NCBI GenBank assembly: GCA_051942245.1
Contig: JAVECL010000024.1
Span: 1-64,000 of the forward strand
Length of the DNA: 64,000 bases
Source: Trypethelium eluteriae
Lineage: Eukaryota
Direction: 5' to 3'
Part shown: piece by piece, positions 58,742-64,000 of the stretch
Numbering within the stretch: position 1 is the stretch's first letter
Layout: the number at the start of each line of letters is the position of its first letter
Program-made: the position numbers and the translations under genes
The notes under the pieces: model-generated
Seen by the model: the letters and a program-made list of their open reading frames with translations, nothing else
The model's database searches: none
What the model was told of the DNA's origin: nothing

Positions 58742-61686
58742 CTATGTCAAGTAGTACAGTAACACTACGGCAACGGCCGCAAACCTCAGCCCTGCTCCAC
58801 CGACCAGCCGGGCCCCCTTCCCCAGATGTGCGACAGGAGCCGACGTCGTTCCCCCACCGACTCCGCTATTAATATAATACCCTACTCCTCCACCTGCTCC
58901 CGTGTCTCCTCCCACACTCCCTATCGTGCTTGTCATGCCACCACTCGCCTCCACGACGTCGCCACCCGGCGCTTCGCTAATCGTAAATCCACCCGTAACC
59001 ACGGCCTCACCCCCCGGAACCAGTGTTGCGCCCCCAACGAAGTACTCTCCAACGCCCGTCGGACTCAGCGTCAAGACGACTCCATTCGGCTCCGTTAGCA
59101 GCGTTTCGCCTGCAGCCAAGCTCTGCGTCACGCCATTGACGACGCCGACGTAACCGCCGTCGGCCAGGCCGTCAGCGGGAACGGAGATGGTCTCGACCTG
59201 TCCGTCTTGCGTGACGGTGATAGCGTGGCCGGGGAGAAGGGTCTGGCCGTCGATAACGAGCGCGGAGCCGGCGGTGGGTATTGCGGGGATCACGGCGGTG
59301 CCGAGGGTGAGGGCCGTGACGTCGCCGGAGGTGGGATAGCTATATTCGGGGCCCAGGGGGAGGGAGGAGATGGTGTGGCCGTTTATAATGGCGACGCCGG
59401 AGGGGAAGAGAGAGTAGGTGTCGCCAGAGATGGTGATGGGTGGGCCACCGGCGCGGAGGGTTTGGCTGCCGATTGCGTAGGCGTTGGAGCCGAGCGGGGT
59501 GGCGATGGCGTTGCCGAGTGCGATAGTAGTGGGGCTTGAGTAAGCAGAGAGTGTTGACACTGTTTGGCCGTTCACCACTACAGCGCTGGATGGACCCAGA
59601 GAATAGGTCGTCCCTGAGACTACCACTGGCGCCCCGTTCACACTAAGCGTTTTTCCCCCAATGGCGAAAGCATTGGGTCTGAGCGGAACAGCAATCGCAT
59701 TCCCAAAGTTTACAGTTCCTTGTCCTGGCTCGTAAGCTGCAAGGCTCGAAATGGTCTGGCCGTTGACAACGACTGCTGCTCCCGACGCGCCTAATGAGTA
59801 TGTTGTCCCTGCTGCGACCACTGGAGCGCCGCCAGCAGTGATTGTGAAGCCGCCTAGGAGGGCATACGCACTGGGAGCCGCAGGGGTAGCGATTGCACCT
59901 CCAATTATGACAGACGCTGGTGTCGTTGCTGGTACTTGCCCTGGTTCCTCTTGGCCCGGAACAGAACTGTGACCTGAGCCACCATTACCCCCTCCCGCAG
60001 GACCTATAGTTGAGTATCCTCCGGCTTTATAGTTGTTTCCTCCTCCGGAAGGCCTCAAAGCAGATACAACGTCTACTCCTGCTCCACTGGCTACTTGAGA
60101 AATGCGACCGACATTGGGATTTCCACCAACACTGCTTCCAGAGTCGACTGCTGGAAGAGATGGTACTGCCGCTTGTTGTGATCCTTGGGGTTCCGCGCCA
60201 GCTGCTTGCGATGCTTTCCCGCCAGAGCCTAAACCAGAACCACCACCGGAATCGGACCCAGAGCCATCGCCAAAGCCAGACTCAGGGCCATTACCTGGAA
60301 CGTGACTAGATCCTTGAGATTTTGATTGTCTGGCACCTGCATCTCCTATTGAGCTCGATGGGCCTGTTGATTGCGGCTTCGCTTGAGATACACCGTTTTG
60401 GGGGTCTCCCGACGATGATGAAGCTGGGGAAATGGAGTCTGAGCCCATGGGTAAGGTCGAATCGAGACTGTACTGAGCTGTACTAGTCGGCGGTGCAACT
60501 ACCTGCGTTGTTGTACGAGGTTGCGCAGGCTGATTTATTGACGAAGGATTTCCTGCCGCTGTGGTCACATCACCACCGGGTACTCCTTCAGTTTTGCTTC
60601 CCGCACCACTGCCTCCACCTACGCCACCGTAATTTCCGCCTAATGGTATTGTGGTCGCTCGCTCAACAGTCAATTCTGCAACGGGAATGTGAAGCGTAGG
60701 AGCGCCCGATCCGGGGACGGCACCGCATTGGGTAAGGAATGGGTATTGTGATTTGACACTAGGCTGGGAGTCGATGAATGAGACTAATTCTGGAGAGAGA
60801 TTGAACTCTCTTTCTGTTCCCCCATAGGTCCAATTGCTAATGAAGTCCAACCCTGGAAGCCAGTACCAGGGCGGATTGAGAATTATGGCCGTCAGGTAAG
60901 GATTGCCGGAGTCCTCTCCGTCTCCGAAGCTATCAGGCCTGAGGGGGGAGAATCCTCCAGACCATGCTGGTTCCGTATATGTGCTACCTGCAATGTAGTC
61001 TGTCGTTCCCGAAGACGTTGATACCCGTCCTGGGCCTAGAGTATAGGTTGCAGGCGGATGTGTTCTAGACCATGCAGTCACGGTACTTGTATAAGCTGCC
61101 TCGCTATAGGTGGCTAGACATTCGGTATCTGAGGAGATTCCTGCCATTAAATAAACCGTAGACACAATCGCAAAAGGTGAAGGAGAAGCTCTGATAAGAA
61201 ATTAGTCTTGCGATGACGATGGTTGGGGAACATTCCTAAGCTGAGTACTTACATAGATGTATGGTTGTCTTGCCAAATCGTTGAGGAATCGAGTGCGGTG
61301 GCATCATACCATGCTGCATCACGCCCGAGGATATTCGAAATATAAGTAAACAAGCCCTGTCCCCCGTCACCAAAATCGAAAATCGTACTATAGCTAAAAG
61401 GACTGGTTGCATTGTTTGCCACCGTGACAGTGGTGGAGGACACAATCGTGTTATTGTACTGGGCAAATTCGGTGATGATAGTCTCTTTGGTATATTGCAA
61501 AGAACTATTGTACCAAATGTTGAGCCCCACGAAATCCGCGTATATGAAGCAGCAAATTTGTGAGGTGTTGATAGCTGTTGTTATGGTTGATAGACTTGAT
61601 GAAAGCCTCGTAGATATTTTGGTAGCATTTGTGACAGGTTTTCCAGCCGCCAGCCTTGCAAGGCACAATGACATTAAAATCAACAT
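58742..61686 (-). CDS. Secreted Gly/Ser/Thr-rich, probably GPI-anchored cell-surface protein with internal repeats; 2 exons
   Basis: Signal peptide MLILMSLCLARLAAG; intron 61191..61252; repeated units like GGAPVVAAGTTYSLGASGAAVVVNGQTISSL; hydrophobic C-terminus FAAVAVVLLYYLT*. Confidence 0.82.
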
Positions 61687-62112
61687 TATCGCATCGATTC
61701 ACTGAGAAATAGCTGTTTCTGGGGTGTCACTGACCCGAGCCTGATAGATCGTGGCCTTGCGATGGGAGGTAAAAGAAAGATACACATATTTAGATATGCA
61801 GTTGGCTCACTCTTATTGACTGTCAGCTGGGGAAATCACGCTAAACCTCTTCGTGAATTCAAAAAGCATTGTGGACTGCTCCGCCGCTCGCACTAGCTTC
61901 CAAAAGCTGGCCGTCTTTGGCTCTCAAAACCACTGGCTGGAGTTTAAGGGAGAGTGGAGACTGCCAAAAAGAAAGGTGTAGCCGAAGTCTGATTGCAGTA
62001 TAAAAAGCTCGTTTATTGGTAAGAGGAGATGCAGATCTGAGGCTGAGGCAGGGTTCTAGACATTGAGCAAAGGTCGAGCCGTGGAAAGGTTGCTCAGCTA
62101 TAACGCCCTACA

Positions 62113-62256
62113 TGACCGTTGCCTGAAAGCCTATCTCGCAAAAACGTGGATAGAGTATTGCGTCCTAATTTTGGCACCTTAGTGACCGTTGCCCGAAAGT
62201 CCACTTCCAAGAACATGAACATTATGCTTTCAGTATTCTAGTTCTAGCACCTTGGT
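62113..62256. repeat. Degenerate tandem duplication, about 70-bp unit x2
   Basis: TGACCGTTGCCTGAAAG at 62113 vs TGACCGTTGCCCGAAAG at 62183; unit ends CTAATTTTGGCACCTTAGT vs CTAGTTCTAGCACCTTGGT. Confidence 0.6.
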
Positions 62257-62647
62257 AGAGAAGCTGCCTGATGGGATTTCATTCTTGCACGAGTACGGAT
62301 CAGATGATAGAGTAATGAGGAATTTTAAAGGATTGAAGGAGACGTTCGGTGTGTTGCAGTGAGTCGTGCAGAATGGTCCACTTCTGACCGGAGTTTGCTA
62401 ACTGCATAAGGTATCGTGAGGTAATTTTCATTCGCTGGTCCATCGAGGAATCGGTGGACCCCTGAATATTGAGCGGCCACTGCGCCCACGAACGTGTCGC
62501 GTGAGAAGACATTGTTTAGTGCTGCATTCAAATGAGCATTCGCCTTTGAAGCCGACGTTCCATTGCTCTGCCGTTCGTTGCGCAAATCTGCCAAAATCAG
62601 ATGTCTCCATTCGTACCCCCTCCGCTTGGCTGTACACGGTTGTTGAC

Positions 62648-63976
62648 ATGGAGGTCCCAAAACACTGGCTGCTTAGGTTTGGACCATGGCAGTCTTTAAT
62701 ATTTGTCGGATGCCCGATCTACCTATCTGTCGTCCAAATTCTACGTTTCCAGCGGGCCAGGGAGCTGCCAAGAAGATTCAACATGACAACTCGGGAGTCC
62801 TTCAAGAATATGACGGTCGAGCAGGCACAGTCCATTCTCAAAGAGTTGACTGAATTAGAGTCCCCTAAATTCATGGCCTTCTCAATCGTCTTTGCACTTT
62901 TCAAGGTAGCTCGATGAGACGAGGCATAGTACAAAGTACGCCTCTTACTAATCCAACTATAGACGTACGGCATACCTACCGTGTCATCTCTATTGGTTTC
63001 TACAGGGGAACTGTCTAGTCAAGAAGCTGCTTCGAAGCGAATAGCAGATACTGGTGTACTTCTCCTTGAGTTTGCATTCAACAAGCCTTCATCTCCGCGA
63101 GCTTCCCAAGCCATAGCAAGAATGAACTTTCTCCATGCCCGATATCAGAGGGCCGGAAAGATCCTCAATTCCGACATGCTCTACACACTAGGCGTCTTTG
63201 CCCTGGAACCAGGCCGGTGGATCAATCAGTACGAATGGCGCAAACTGACAGACTTCGAAAGATGTGCAAGCGGCACTTTCTGGAAAGCCACGGGCGACGC
63301 AATGGAAATTGACATGTCAGTCTTGCCCTCCCATGCTTCGGGCTGGCGAGATGGTCTACACTGGCTCGAAGAAGTGGAAGCGTGGACTCTCGAATACGAA
63401 GAACACCACATGGTGCCAGATGAGGAGAATGCTAAGTTGGCAAATACTCACTTGGACGTGATCTTCTTCAATCTACCGAGGTCGCTGAGAGCCGTGGCAA
63501 GAAGTTACGTATCCATAATTGTTGGTGAACGACTTCGCAAGGCAATGCTATTGCCACAGCCCAGTGTCTTGCAATGCAAAGTGTTTAGGGCCGTCTTGCT
63601 TATCCGCCGTTTTTTCCTACGTCACGCCTCGCTGCCGCGCCCGGAATTTCTTCGTAAAGATTACATTGCTCACCAACCCGAAGGTGGTACTGACCGCTAT
63701 AACCTCAAAGAATATCTGTCTTTTCCATGGTATGTCAAACCGACGTTGGAAAGGCGATGGGGTCCAAGGGCTTGGCTTCTACGACTGATAGGACGCAAGC
63801 TTCCAGGTGACGACAACGACATGTATGCTCCAGAAGGCTATCTGATTGAGGAGGTAGGGCCAGCTTCGCAAAGAGGGAAAGGGGTTGACCATATGGAAAA
63901 CACAAAACTTCGGCTCCGCGGCAGAGGTGACTGCCCTTTTCTAACAGATCGAGAATCTTGGGCTGGGGTAATGTGA
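62648..63976 (+). CDS. ER-bound oxygenase MpaB-like (DUF2236) protein; 2 exons
   Basis: N-terminal TM segment, FALFK|TYGIPTVSSLL, SKRIADTGVLL, AIARMNFLH, DMLYTL, PWYVKPT; intron 62906..62962. Confidence 0.88.
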
Positions 63977-64000
63977 TTCGACCGCATGTGTAAAAATCTC

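Noticed and set aside
62648..63976. MpaB-like gene plus MpaH-like hydrolase plus methylating NR-PKS as a mycophenolate-type cluster
   Set aside because: The MpaB-like gene is over 38 kb from the PKS, beyond many housekeeping genes; no prenyltransferase, P450, O-methyltransferase or IMPDH is seen
1..64000. tRNA, rRNA, CRISPR arrays or intact transposons; antisense ORFs over long genes
   Set aside because: No such structures recognised; the antisense ORFs are shadows of real coding sequences

Overview
Intron-containing genomic DNA of a filamentous ascomycete (Pezizomycotina), inferred from GT-AG introns of mostly 46-65 nt with CTRAY branch sites and from the gene families present. The left half (about 1.2-32.3 kb) is accessory. 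It holds a probable aromatic-catabolic trio (two alpha/beta hydrolases plus a quercetinase-like bicupin) next to a non-reducing PKS cluster. The cluster is odd in four ways. (i) An NRPS-like adenylation-thiolation unit runs in one reading frame into an MCT-type MFS transporter, where the reductase domain normally sits. (ii) The matching thioester-reductase domain is a separate gene just upstream. (iii) The carrier-domain serine is a leucine (GMDLL). (iv) The SAT-KS-AT-PT-ACP-CMeT PKS has no release domain and carries one in-frame TGA at codon 1151. The cluster also has FSH1/CitA-like and MpaH-like hydrolases, RTA1, two PEBP genes and a Pth11-like membrane protein. The right half (33.6-64 kb) is mostly housekeeping: GDPD, Pal1, USB1, CKS1, PWP1, PRP16, ERO1 and a PWWP protein, followed by a repeat-rich cell-surface protein and an MpaB-like oxygenase. 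All family calls come from motif recognition by eye; no database search was run.
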